This document shows positions 37,414 through 46,876 of a stretch of 64,000 nt of DNA, piece after piece. This DNA comes from a bacterium. Its GTDB lineage: Bacteria; Blakebacterota; Blakebacteria; Blakebacterales; JAWOFN01. Where the stretch lies: positions 8,834-72,833 of the forward strand of contig JAWOFN010000112.1 of assembly GCA_046497505.1 (NCBI GenBank). Reading direction: 5' to 3'. Position numbers and translations under genes: made by a program. Below the pieces are notes generated by a model. The model ran no database searches. It was not told where the DNA came from and was given only the letters and a program-made list of their open reading frames with translations. Each line of letters starts with the position of its first letter. Position 1 is the stretch's first letter.

Positions 37414-37542
37414 GGCATCTTCCCCTGTTGGGTCGGAACGGGCCCAAGGTAGCGGCGGGGCACCCTGCAGTCAACGTACCTGCGCCTTCCGGGTCGAGAA
37501 TAGCCTGTTCGCGCGCTCCGTACAGCCTATAGTTAAGAGCAT

Positions 37543-39840
37543 ATGAATATTTCCGTTCTCAACCTGTTGCTCGTGCTGGCCGCAGCCTGGGGCGGCGGCC
37601 TCGCCGTCCGGAGGCTCGGGCTCCCGTCCATCGTCGGAGAACTCCTGGCCGGGATCATCTTCGGCCCCCCCATCCTGGGTCTGATCCAGCCCTCTCCCGC
37701 ATTGATGGTGCTGGCTGAGGTCGGCGTCATCCTCCTCCTCCTCTACGTCGGGATGGAGATCGATCCGAAGGAGCTGAAGAAGGCCTCCTGGGGAGGTCTC
37801 CTGGTTGCGATCGGCAGCTTCCTGCTCCCGTTCGCACTGGGGTTCCTCGTCATCCGCTTCTTCGGCGGCACACTCCTGGCCGCGACCCTCTCCGGCATCC
37901 TCCTGGGCGTGACCTCGCTCACCACCAACAGCCGCATCCTTCTGGACCTCCAGCTCCTGGATACCAGGATCGCCCACACCCTCCTGGCCGGTGCGCTGGT
38001 GGCCGAGATCCTCGGGCTGGTCGCCTTCGCATCGCTGCTCGGGGTCATCGAGGTCGGTTCCGCCGACTTCGGCCTGCTCCTGGAAGAGATCGGCCTCGCT
38101 CTGATCTTCCTCAGCTTCACCGCCATCGTGGGGCACTACCTGCTGCCGCCCGCGGCCGCCTGGCTGGTCCGGACCGTCCGGGTCAGTTCCGGCATGCTGT
38201 TCCTGCTCATCCTCGCCGTCGGGTTCCTCTTCGCGGAACTCGCGGAGCTCGCCGGACTGCACGCGATCCTCGGCGCGTTCATGATCGGTCTGTTCCTGCG
38301 GGATGTGATCCCCGACCGGAGTATGAACCGGGAGGTGATCGGACTGGTCGAGGACATCTCCCTCGGCTTCATGGCCCCGATCTTCTTCGTGGTCGCCGGA
38401 TTCCAGGTGACGCTCGGTGCCTTCGCGATGCATCTCCCCCTGCTCGCCGTGGTGGTCGTTGTGGCCATCGCCAGCAAGGTCGTGGGCTCGGCGGTGGCGT
38501 ATCTCCCCACCGGACACGGACTGATGGAAGGCCTGGCCGTGGGGGCCGGGATGTCGAGCCACGGTGCGGTGGAGATCATCATCGCGGGGATCGGCCTCGA
38601 GTCCGAGATCATCGGCCCCGACCTCTTCTCCGTCCTGGTCATCATGACCATCGTCTCCACCATCACCGCCCCCATGATGCTGAAACATCTGACCAACCGG
38701 ATGAAGAACAGCGGCACTCTGGTACGATCGGACCGGCGGAGGGGCGTGCTCATCGTCGGCGCGGGCCCGACCGCATGCCTGGTGGCCGGTGAACTCTCCC
38801 GGTGGACGGAGGTCACACTGCTCGACAGCAGTCCCTCCCACTGTGAGACCGCACGCCGACTGGGGCTCGAGGTGGAGCACGGCAACGCGCTGAAGGAGGA
38901 TGTCCTCGAACAGGCAGGTGCGGAGGATATCCGGACCCTGGTCGCCCTGACCTCCAACGCCGAAGTGAACGTCCTGGCAGCCCGGCTCGCCAGGGAGGTC
39001 TTCCTCGTCCCCGAGGTCCATGTGACCTTCATGCACGGCGAGAAGGGGGCCCATGCAGGTCTGATCGAACCGATCGAGGCCACCACCCTCTTCGCCGGAC
39101 CCGCCGATATCAGCGGATGGGACCGGAAGATCGCCCTCGGACACTGCAGGATCTCCACCAGGGAGGTGACCGAACCGGCAGATGCCGCGGAGTTCCTCGA
39201 TTCCCTCGGTTCCACGGACCGGACCCTGCCCATCATCATCCTGCGGGGGGACGGCCTGGCGGGGATGTTCCATGCAGGGTGCACGCTCCAGGAGGGCGAC
39301 CGGGTCGTCATGCTGGAGCAGGAGCAGTCCCCGGTTCAGGACGAGTTCGATGAACTCGTGCGGGAAGCCGACCTGCTGGATATCGAAGAACCCGTCGGGA
39401 TGGAAGAACTCTTCCGACGGGTGGCCGGGGTGCTCGAAGCCCGCACGGGGATCGATGCTTCGGAGATCTCCGGGCTGCTCATCGAGCGGGAGCGTATGGG
39501 CAGCACGGTGGTCGGACCCGATCTCGCGGTCCCCCACATCCTGCTGGACGACATGGAGGGAGTCCGGCTCGTCGTGGTCCGGTGCAGGCGGGGCGTCCGG
39601 TTCCCGGACATGGACGTGAACGTCCACACGGTCTTCGTCCTGGCCAGCGGGTCGGTGGACCGTACCCTCCACCTGAGGATCCTCTCCGCGGTGGCTCAGA
39701 CCATCCAGGACCCCGGGTTCGAGGACCGATGGCTCTCCGCCCCGGGAGAGGCGCAGCTCCGCGATATCATCCGGTACGCGGAGCGGAGGCGCATCCCTTT
39801 CGCGGGCCAGAGCCAAGGGGCCCATAATCGCTTGCCCTGA
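37543..39840 (+). CDS. cation:proton antiporter (CPA family) fused to RCK (TrkA-N/TrkA-C) and a C-terminal PTS EIIA(Ntr/Fru)-type domain
   Basis: About 400-aa TM domain (GELLAGIIFGP, NhaP/Kef-like). GAGPTACLVAGEL Rossmann of TrkA-N. The C-terminal 150 aa carry the PTS_EIIA_2 fold with the phosphorylatable His in GPDLAVPHILL. Confidence 0.75.
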   Translation: MNISVLNLLLVLAAAWGGGLAVRRLGLPSIVGELLAGIIFGPPILGLIQPSPALMVLAEVGVILLLLYVGMEIDPKELKKASWGGLLVAIGSFLLPFALGFLVIRFFGGTLLAATLSGILLGVTSLTTNSRILLDLQLLDTRIAHTLLAGALVAEILGLVAFASLLGVIEVGSADFGLLLEEIGLALIFLSFTAIVGHYLLPPAAAWLVRTVRVSSGMLFLLILAVGFLFAELAELAGLHAILGAFMIGLFLRDVIPDRSMNREVIGLVEDISLGFMAPIFFVVAGFQVTLGAFAMHLPLLAVVVVVAIASKVVGSAVAYLPTGHGLMEGLAVGAGMSSHGAVEIIIAGIGLESEIIGPDLFSVLVIMTIVSTITAPMMLKHLTNRMKNSGTLVRSDRRRGVLIVGAGPTACLVAGELSRWTEVTLLDSSPSHCETARRLGLEVEHGNALKEDVLEQAGAEDIRTLVALTSNAEVNVLAARLAREVFLVPEVHVTFMHGEKGAHAGLIEPIEATTLFAGPADISGWDRKIALGHCRISTREVTEPADAAEFLDSLGSTDRTLPIIILRGDGLAGMFHAGCTLQEGDRVVMLEQEQSPVQDEFDELVREADLLDIEEPVGMEELFRRVAGVLEARTGIDASEISGLLIERERMGSTVVGPDLAVPHILLDDMEGVRLVVVRCRRGVRFPDMDVNVHTVFVLASGSVDRTLHLRILSAVAQTIQDPGFEDRWLSAPGEAQLRDIIRYAERRRIPFAGQSQGAHNRLP

Positions 39841-39932
39841 ACTCTCTCATTGACCAGAATGCCCACCGGCAGCACCCTCGTAGCGACCGGTGCACACCCC
39901 CTCATCCCAGGGCACCAAGACGAAGGAAGTAG

Positions 39933-42200
39933 ATGGAGCTGCATCTTCTGAACCTGCTGTTCGTGCTCCTGGCTGCCTGGGCTGCGGGGACCGTCGCGGA
40001 GAGGCTGGGGTATCCCACGATCCTGGGTGAGCTGCTGGCCGGGATCCTCCTCGGCCCTCCCCTCCTGGGGCTCCTCCACGGACAGGAGGCGCTGAACGTG
40101 CTGGCGGAGGTCGGGGTCCTCCTGATGATGATGTACATCGGGATGGAGATCGACCCGAAGGAGCTCGGCAAGGCGTCCTGGGCGGGGTTCCTGGCAGCGA
40201 TCGGGGGCTTCATCACCCCGTTCGTCGCCGGATACTTCGTGGTCGTGGCCTTCGGCGGCTCCACCATGGCAGGCATCTTCGTCGGGATCGCGGGGGGTGT
40301 GACCTCCCTGGCGACCAAATCCCGCATCCTGGTGGACCTGAAGCTCCTGGACACCCGCATCGCCCATGTCCTCATGGCCGGTGCCCTGGTCTCCGACACC
40401 CTCTCCCTGCTGGTTTTCGCGGGGGTGGTCGGGATCGCAGGGGCCGGTTCGGTCAGCGCGCTGGGACCGGCGGCCGTGGCCGGGAAAGCGGCCGCATTCT
40501 TCCTCGCCGGAGGTCTGGCCGGCTACTATCTGCTCCCCTACCTCGGCAGGCTGCTGGACGACGCCGGCATCAGGAACCGAACCGTGCTGTTCACCCTGAT
40601 GCTGCTGATCGCCCTCCTGTATGCGGAACTCGCGGAACTCGCCGGTCTCCACGCGATCCTGGGGACCTTCATCGCGGGCCTGTTCCTGCGTGACGCCATA
40701 CCCGACCGGAAGCTCTCGAAGAGGCTCACATCCACCGTATACGACGTCTCGATCGGGTTCCTGGCCCCCATCTTCTTCGTGATCACCGGGTTCGAGGTCT
40801 CCTTCTCGGTGTTCGGTGCCGACCTCGCCCTGCTGATATCGGTGGTGGCCGTCGCGACGCTCGGGAAGGTCCTGGGAACGGCCCTCTTCTATATGCCGAC
40901 CGGACACGGCTGGCGGGAAGGGGTGACGATCGGTGCAGGGATGAACGGACGCGGGGCTGTTGAGATCATCATCGCGGGGATCGGCCTCCAGCAGGGCATG
41001 ATCTCCCAGGAGATCTTCTCCATCCTCATCTTCATGGCCATCTTCACCACCGCCACCCTACCCGTCCTCCTCAAATGGGGCACCGATTGGCTGGACCGAC
41101 GCGGAGAACTCGTCCGCGCATCGGAGGATCGGACCGGTCACGTCATCGTGGGCGGCGGGGCGGCCACACGGCTCGTGGCCGGTTTCCTCTCGGACGAGGG
41201 ACCCCTGACCATCATCGACAGCAACCAGTACCGCTGCGAGATGGCCAAGCGTGAAGGATACGAGACACTGTGCGGCAATGCCCTGCGTGAGGAGGTGCTG
41301 AGCGAGGCGGGGGCTGCCGAAGCGCGCACGTTCGTCTCCATGACCAGCAACGCCGAGGTGAACGTGCTCGCCGCACAGCTGGCGAGAGAGGTCTTCCTGG
41401 TCCCCTCCATCCATGTCGCCATGGCGGCGGCGGACCGGGGTGCCCACGAGGAGATGATCGAACCCCTGGAAGCGAACACACTCTTCGCGGCTCCCGCCAA
41501 CATCGGGAGGTGGGACCGGGTCGTGGATCAGCGGTCCTATCGCATCCGCAGGATGCAGGTACCGGAGGACGCGGCGGAGGGGGCGGAGGAACTCCGCTCC
41601 TCGTACTGGACATCCGAGGACTGCCGCCTGCCCCTCCTGGTCGAATCGGACCAGGGCAGGAGACTGTTCCACGATGCCGTCGAGATATCTCCCGGGGATA
41701 CGGTGATCCTGCTGGAGTCCCTCGAAGAGGGACATCAGGGGGATGACTTCGACAGGCTGGTCGAAGAGAGCCGGATACTGGACATCCCCGAGAGCATCGA
41801 CATGGAGACCTTCTTCGAGATCGCCTCGGAAATGATCGCCGACGAGGTCGATGTGGGCAAGGAGGTCCTCAAGCACCAGCTCCTCCTCCGGGAGGAGGAG
41901 GGCAGCACCGTCCTGGGCTCTGACCTCGCCGTACCCCATGTCCTCCTCCCAGCCGGGAAGGGGTTCCACATGGTCGTCGCCCGCTGCCGCATGGGAGTGC
42001 ACTTCCCGGACATGGATGTCCGGGTCCACGCGGTGTTCGTGCTGGCCGGCGGTCACGATGAGCGGACGACCCATCTTCGCGCGCTCTCCGCCATCTCGCA
42101 GATCGTACAGAACGACCGGTTCATGGACCGGTGGATCGACGCGGCGGATCCGGAGGATATCCGGTCTCTCGTACTCAACGCCGACCGGAGGCGCTTCTGA
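39933..42200 (+). CDS. cation:proton antiporter-RCK-PTS EIIA fusion, tandem paralog of the preceding gene
   Basis: Same architecture. The N-terminus MELHLLNLLFVLLAAWAAGTVAERLGYPTILGELLAGILLGPPLLG aligns with the upstream copy. The EIIA-type His lies in GSDLAVPHVLL. GAAGGAAG RBS. Confidence 0.75.
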   Translation: MELHLLNLLFVLLAAWAAGTVAERLGYPTILGELLAGILLGPPLLGLLHGQEALNVLAEVGVLLMMMYIGMEIDPKELGKASWAGFLAAIGGFITPFVAGYFVVVAFGGSTMAGIFVGIAGGVTSLATKSRILVDLKLLDTRIAHVLMAGALVSDTLSLLVFAGVVGIAGAGSVSALGPAAVAGKAAAFFLAGGLAGYYLLPYLGRLLDDAGIRNRTVLFTLMLLIALLYAELAELAGLHAILGTFIAGLFLRDAIPDRKLSKRLTSTVYDVSIGFLAPIFFVITGFEVSFSVFGADLALLISVVAVATLGKVLGTALFYMPTGHGWREGVTIGAGMNGRGAVEIIIAGIGLQQGMISQEIFSILIFMAIFTTATLPVLLKWGTDWLDRRGELVRASEDRTGHVIVGGGAATRLVAGFLSDEGPLTIIDSNQYRCEMAKREGYETLCGNALREEVLSEAGAAEARTFVSMTSNAEVNVLAAQLAREVFLVPSIHVAMAAADRGAHEEMIEPLEANTLFAAPANIGRWDRVVDQRSYRIRRMQVPEDAAEGAEELRSSYWTSEDCRLPLLVESDQGRRLFHDAVEISPGDTVILLESLEEGHQGDDFDRLVEESRILDIPESIDMETFFEIASEMIADEVDVGKEVLKHQLLLREEEGSTVLGSDLAVPHVLLPAGKGFHMVVARCRMGVHFPDMDVRVHAVFVLAGGHDERTTHLRALSAISQIVQNDRFMDRWIDAADPEDIRSLVLNADRRRF

Positions 42201-42214
42201 CCGGGGGATGACGA

Positions 42215-43231
42215 TCAGGGATCGATGGAGAGCCGGAACTGGAAGCCCGCCCGGGCGGAGAGACCGGAGGGGGTCTGCTCGAAGGACTTGATGAGGCTGA
42301 AGAACGCCTGTCCGTCGTCCGCCTCCCTCCCGCTGAGGAAGAGGGTGTTCATGATGTTGAACACGTAGGCGCCCAGCACGAAGAGACTCGCTTCCCCCTT
42401 CTTGGCAGCGGCCCTTCGGCGATCCAGCATGGCCGTGGCGGAATGGGCACGGTCCTCCCTGACCTTCTGCTCGTAATACTCCTGCGTGACCTCCTCTCCA
42501 TCCACCAGGAAGACATACTGGAACCTCCCGTCCCGGACCTCCCGGTAGTCCTGGAAGCGGGAGGAGTCGAAGCGGAAGGGGTCCCCGTCCGGGAGCGAGT
42601 TCCGGTAGACGAAACTGCCCACCACCAATCCCGCGGAGACCAGGGCCCACCCGGGGCGGCCCCGACTGAGCTGTCCGGCCCCGGGGAGGATCATGGAATA
42701 GAAGAACGCCGTGTCGCCCGTCACGAAGCGGGAGGGATGACTGAGGGCGGAACCGAGCCTGGGGGCGTCCTCGCGGGCGGCCTCCTCATCCGGGTAGGAG
42801 CGCTTCTCGAGACCGACGACAGCCCCCTCTTCTCTACTGTAGACGATGGAGGAGACCTCCACCCGTCCCCCCGGCTCTCGGGTCATCACCCCCGTGATGA
42901 GGAAGGAACTGCTCCGGGTCGTCAGATACTCCCGGAGGGAACCGGGGCTCCTCAGGGTCTTCCTGAGGCTCCCCAGGTCCTCGGGCCCTCCCCCATCCTC
43001 CTCTTCCATCAGGCGGAGCCAGTTCCCCCTCCTGATGCCGCTGCGGAACGCCGCACTGTATTCCGCCGCAAACGTGCTGTCTGCGGTGGAACTCAGGAAA
43101 GGAAGAAGGGCCACGTTGCGGTCCACACCGGTCTGGGCCAGGGCGGAGGACGTGCCTCCCCCCCCGAGCAGGGAGAGAGCCAGCAGCGCCCCCACCGTAC
43201 ACGCAGGGAATAAGCAGGTCGTTCGATCCAC
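42215..43231 (-). CDS. hypothetical secreted/membrane protein, divergent from the pgsB-led operon
   Basis: The in-frame GTG at 43231 gives a signal peptide (DRTTCLFPACTVGALLALSLLGGGG). The alternative ATG is at 43309. One C-terminal TM segment (ILPGAGQLSRGRPGWALVSAGLVVGSF). No family recognised. Confidence 0.45.
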   Translation of the reverse strand: MDRTTCLFPACTVGALLALSLLGGGGTSSALAQTGVDRNVALLPFLSSTADSTFAAEYSAAFRSGIRRGNWLRLMEEEDGGGPEDLGSLRKTLRSPGSLREYLTTRSSSFLITGVMTREPGGRVEVSSIVYSREEGAVVGLEKRSYPDEEAAREDAPRLGSALSHPSRFVTGDTAFFYSMILPGAGQLSRGRPGWALVSAGLVVGSFVYRNSLPDGDPFRFDSSRFQDYREVRDGRFQYVFLVDGEEVTQEYYEQKVREDRAHSATAMLDRRRAAAKKGEASLFVLGAYVFNIMNTLFLSGREADDGQAFFSLIKSFEQTPSGLSARAGFQFRLSIDP

Positions 43232-43493
43232 GGGGCTCCCGAGCAGATGATCGGATGTGTCCTCCCCGGAGTATACAGGCCAGGTCGTACTTCCTTCACC
43301 TGTCCGCATGATGCCCCACGCCTTCCGGTGCGTGACCCACCCGTTCCGGGCGGAACCTCTGAGGAGGAGCGGGGGGCCCTGGTGGATACGGAACGGGGAA
43401 GCTTCCCTGTAGAGGGTACCGTCCCGCCGCATCAGGCCGTAGTATGTACCCTGGATCGAATCCGACTCCGACCGCCAGCCCCGGGAGCACCCG

Positions 43494-44651
43494 GTGTCCA
43501 CGCTGCTCGTCACATTGGCCCTCTTCCTGGCCTGGCTCCTCCGGGAACGGCTGCTCCTGGACCGCGCACGAGACCGGGTCCCGAACCGGATCACGGTGAC
43601 CGGGACCCGGGGGAAGAGCGGGTGCGCCCGCCTGCTGGGTGCCATGCTCCGGGCGGAGGGCCGACGGGTGGTGGTGAAGACCACCGGTTCGGAGGCCACC
43701 CTGGTACTGCCCGACGGAACGACCGAGACGATCCCACGAAGGGGGGTACCCAGCATCATGGAGCAGCGCGACCTCATCCGGCGCTGTGCCCGGCTCGGAG
43801 CGGACACCCTGGTGGCGGAGATCATGAGCATCCACCCGGAGAACCACCGCATGGAAGGACTCCGGATCCTCCGGCCCCAGACGGTCCTCTTCACCAACGC
43901 GAGGCCGGACCACGTGGATGCCATGGGGTGGGACGAGAGGGCGGTCTGTGAGGTACTCCTCTCCTCGGTGCCCCCCGGGACCCATCTCCTCCTCCCCCCC
44001 TCCCCCCCGCCCCTCCTGGAGGAACATATCCGCGGAGGGCGGTGGGAAGCGATGAAGGTGGCCGAGGGGGAGGCGACGATGCCTCCTGCGGCGGGCGTCT
44101 TCCATGACGATCTCTGTCTGGCAGCGGCAGCGGCACGGAGAGCAGGGGTCGGGGACCGGGCGGTGAGGGAGGGTTTGGAAGACTTCCGGGAGGATGCCGG
44201 GGGGCTGAGGGTCTGGCGGCTGGAACCCCCGGGGATCCGGGGACCGGTCTACGCCGTGAGCGCCTTCGCGGCCAACGACCCCCTCTCCACCGTCGACGTC
44301 CTCGACCACGTCCGGGGCCGGCTGCCCTCGCCCCTGCCCTGCACCGGCCTGCTGAGCCTGCGGGCCGACCGCGCCGACCGCACACTCCACTGGATCAGGT
44401 ATCTGAAGGAGCAGGGGTTGTCCGGGGTACACCCCCTTTTCGCCCTCGGCGTACAGGCGGGCATCGCATCTCGGAGGACACCCGGCATCCGTGCCCTGAA
44501 ATGGACCGGCCCCGGCAGCGTGACCCGGGAGGTCTGCGCGGCGGCGGGGACGGACGGCCCGCAGATCCTCTTCGGGTTCGGCAACTTCAAGGGGCACGGG
44601 GAGGAACTGGCGGCATGGTGGGCCGGGGAGGGCAGCCGCGTTGAGCTATGA
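43494..44651 (+). CDS. pgsB: poly-gamma-glutamate synthetase PgsB/CapB (Mur-ligase-like amide ligase)
   Basis: VTGTRGKSG P-loop. Blocks VVKTTGSEATLVL, NARPDHVDAMGWDE, SAFAANDPLST and SLRADRADRT align block-for-block with Bacillus PgsB. GTG start. Confidence 0.8.
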   Translation: MSTLLVTLALFLAWLLRERLLLDRARDRVPNRITVTGTRGKSGCARLLGAMLRAEGRRVVVKTTGSEATLVLPDGTTETIPRRGVPSIMEQRDLIRRCARLGADTLVAEIMSIHPENHRMEGLRILRPQTVLFTNARPDHVDAMGWDERAVCEVLLSSVPPGTHLLLPPSPPPLLEEHIRGGRWEAMKVAEGEATMPPAAGVFHDDLCLAAAAARRAGVGDRAVREGLEDFREDAGGLRVWRLEPPGIRGPVYAVSAFAANDPLSTVDVLDHVRGRLPSPLPCTGLLSLRADRADRTLHWIRYLKEQGLSGVHPLFALGVQAGIASRRTPGIRALKWTGPGSVTREVCAAAGTDGPQILFGFGNFKGHGEELAAWWAGEGSRVEL

Positions 44652-45078
44652 ACTGGCGTTCGCCGGCCTCCTCCTCTCCCTGGCCTTCACCGGTCTCACG
44701 GGCTACTACCCCGGCGGCATCATCGTGCCCAGCTACCTGGTCCTCTTCGCCAACCAGCCGGAACGGATCGCGGGCACCCTGGCGGCCGCCCTCCTCACTT
44801 TCCTCTGCTATCGACTGGCCGAACGCCACCTGCTCCTCTTCGGCCGCCGGAGGACGGTCTTCATGCTCCTGACGGGGGCGACCTGGGCGGTGCTCTGGGT
44901 CCAGGTGCTCCCATCTCTCTTCCCGGTCTCCATGGAGTTCCGGGTCATCGGATGGATCATCCCCGGCCTCATCGCCAACCACTTCCAGCGGCAGGGGGCG
45001 GCGGTGACCACGGCCGGCCTCGTCACCGTGGTCACCCTCCTCCACGCGGGGGGACGTCTCCTGGGAACGGGAGGCTGA
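44641..45078 (+). CDS. pgsC: poly-gamma-glutamate synthesis membrane protein PgsC/CapC
   Basis: 145 aa with four TM helices. IVPSYLVLFANQP, LFGRRRTVFMLLTG and GWIIPGLIANHFQRQG match the PgsC conserved blocks. TTG start overlapping the pgsB stop. Confidence 0.75.
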   Translation: MSYELAFAGLLLSLAFTGLTGYYPGGIIVPSYLVLFANQPERIAGTLAAALLTFLCYRLAERHLLLFGRRRTVFMLLTGATWAVLWVQVLPSLFPVSMEFRVIGWIIPGLIANHFQRQGAAVTTAGLVTVVTLLHAGGRLLGTGG

Positions 45079-45079
45079 T

Positions 45080-46174
45080 GTGGCCCCTCCCTCCGACCGG
45101 TCGGTCCGACGCCGGATCCTCCTCGCCGGGCTGGCGAGCATGGGGCTCCTGGTGCTGCTTCGGACCCTTCCCGCCTCGACCGAAGGGAGGGAACAGCTCC
45201 GGGAGGCCGCCCACTGGATGGACCGGGGGATCCAGGCGGCCCGGGAGGCACGGGAGGCGAGGGGGATCCGCATCGACCCGTCGGCGGACCCGAACGGGAC
45301 CGGTCTCATCGGGCCGGAGATCTCGCCCCTGGTCACCACGGTGGGCTCACTGGAATCGAAGCGCACCGCCACGAGTCCGGAGATGGCCGTCGTCACGGCG
45401 TGGATGCTGAGGCGGGCCGGTGCGGAGCCGGGGGAGACAGTGGCCGTCGGGGCCTCCGGATCCTTCCCCGGCCTTCTCACCGCGGTCCTCTCCGCCTGCA
45501 GGGCCCTGGACGCCGAGCCAGCCGTCATCCTCTCCCTGGGGGCTTCCAGCTGGGGGGCAGCTCATCCCGATTTCCACCTCCTCGACCTCCATGGCACACT
45601 CCGGGAGGCGGGTCTCACCGACCGTCCTCCCCTCGCGGTCAGCGTGGGGGGCGAGGGGGACGAGGGGGGCGGGCTGGACCGAGCGGTGGTAGACGGCCTT
45701 CGGGAGGAGGTACTCGATGCGGGCATCCCCCTTATCGAAGAACCGGACCTCCAAAGGAATGCGACCCTCAGGCTGCACTACTACCAGGAGGCCGCAGGGG
45801 GCGGCAAACCCGCGGCCTTCGTGAACATCGGAGGAGCCTGGGCGAACATGGGTACGAGCGAGGTTGCGCTGGGACTCCGTCCGGGATTGAATACACACGT
45901 GCGTCGCCCCCCTCCCGGACAGGGCGGTGTGGTGCATGCCATGGCCGCGCGCCGGGTGCCGGTGATCCACCTGCTGCACCTCAGGGGCCTGACCGCACGC
46001 TACGGCCTGCAATGGGACCCGGTCCCCCTCCCCCACCCGGAGGAGCCCGGTGTCTACCGCAGGCTCGCACCGCTGCCCACCCTTTTCCGGGTCGCTCTGG
46101 CGGCCTACCTGCTCTGCCTTGCCGGTCTGGCGGTGGTACCGCTCCCCCGAGGCTCCCACCGCAGCCGGGGCTGA
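45080..46174 (+). CDS. membrane-anchored protein of the pgsBC cassette (candidate poly-gamma-glutamate system protein replacing PgsA/CapA)
   Basis: The GTG start overlaps the pgsC stop in TGATGTG, with a GGGAGG RBS. It has an N-terminal TM segment and a C-terminal TM segment. It does not resemble the CapA metallophosphatase. Its position matches cassette proteins described in pgsA-less PGA loci. Confidence 0.45.
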   Translation: MAPPSDRSVRRRILLAGLASMGLLVLLRTLPASTEGREQLREAAHWMDRGIQAAREAREARGIRIDPSADPNGTGLIGPEISPLVTTVGSLESKRTATSPEMAVVTAWMLRRAGAEPGETVAVGASGSFPGLLTAVLSACRALDAEPAVILSLGASSWGAAHPDFHLLDLHGTLREAGLTDRPPLAVSVGGEGDEGGGLDRAVVDGLREEVLDAGIPLIEEPDLQRNATLRLHYYQEAAGGGKPAAFVNIGGAWANMGTSEVALGLRPGLNTHVRRPPPGQGGVVHAMAARRVPVIHLLHLRGLTARYGLQWDPVPLPHPEEPGVYRRLAPLPTLFRVALAAYLLCLAGLAVVPLPRGSHRSRG

Positions 46175-46256
46175 CCCCCCCGGCATCCCCTCCCCGACCC
46201 GTCCCGGGAACGCCCCGGTGACGGATGGGGTCGGAACCGGAACCGGAGGATCCGTC

Positions 46257-46862
46257 ATGTACTCCCGCCGCTGCGCCGTGGGACTCGCCCTCGCTCTCCT
46301 AGTACCCCTGGTACCGGCCGCCGCCGCTGCCCAGCAGGGTCCCACCGCATCCGAACCCGTCCTCATCACCTCGTGCGGCCAGAGCCCCGGCCCGCTGAAG
46401 GTCAAGGTCTTCGCCCAGCGGCTGGGGATCGACCACGAGTACGACCCCCTGGCGACCGCCGAGGACCTGACCGCGGCGAAGGAGTCGGACACCCCCTTCC
46501 GGTCCATCATCGTGGTCACGGGGGCCAGCCTGAAGGGGATGGGCGCCGCCGGGATCTCCGTGGAGGAGGAGCTCGCGCGGGTGGACGCCCTCCTGGACGA
46601 GGCGGAGGCACAGGGCCTGACCATCGTCGGGGCGCACGTGGAGGGCATGGCCCGGCGCGCCCAGGGTGCCTCACCGGGGGACAACTCCGACGAGCAGAGC
46701 ATCGACGCCGTCTGCCCCCGCTCCGACATGCTCATGGTGCGGAGCGACGGGAACGAGGACGGACGCTTCACCGCTATCGCCACCGACCGGGACATCCCCC
46801 TCCTGGAGTTCGAGAAGAACCTCGAGCTGGGTGAGGTCCTGAAGGACATCTACGGCAAGTAA
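46257..46862 (+). CDS. hypothetical secreted protein (201 aa) within the PGA-like operon
   Basis: Signal peptide (LALALLVPLVPAAAAAQQ). CGGAGGA RBS. No family recognised. Confidence 0.45.
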   Translation: MYSRRCAVGLALALLVPLVPAAAAAQQGPTASEPVLITSCGQSPGPLKVKVFAQRLGIDHEYDPLATAEDLTAAKESDTPFRSIIVVTGASLKGMGAAGISVEEELARVDALLDEAEAQGLTIVGAHVEGMARRAQGASPGDNSDEQSIDAVCPRSDMLMVRSDGNEDGRFTAIATDRDIPLLEFEKNLELGEVLKDIYGK

Positions 46863-46876
46863 CGGAGGGTTCGGGC

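Noticed and set aside
37471-39825. 784-aa minus-strand ORF
   Set aside because: It is antisense to the first antiporter-RCK-EIIA gene. It has Arg/Gly/Asp/Glu-rich composition, no start context and no motif. A shadow ORF.
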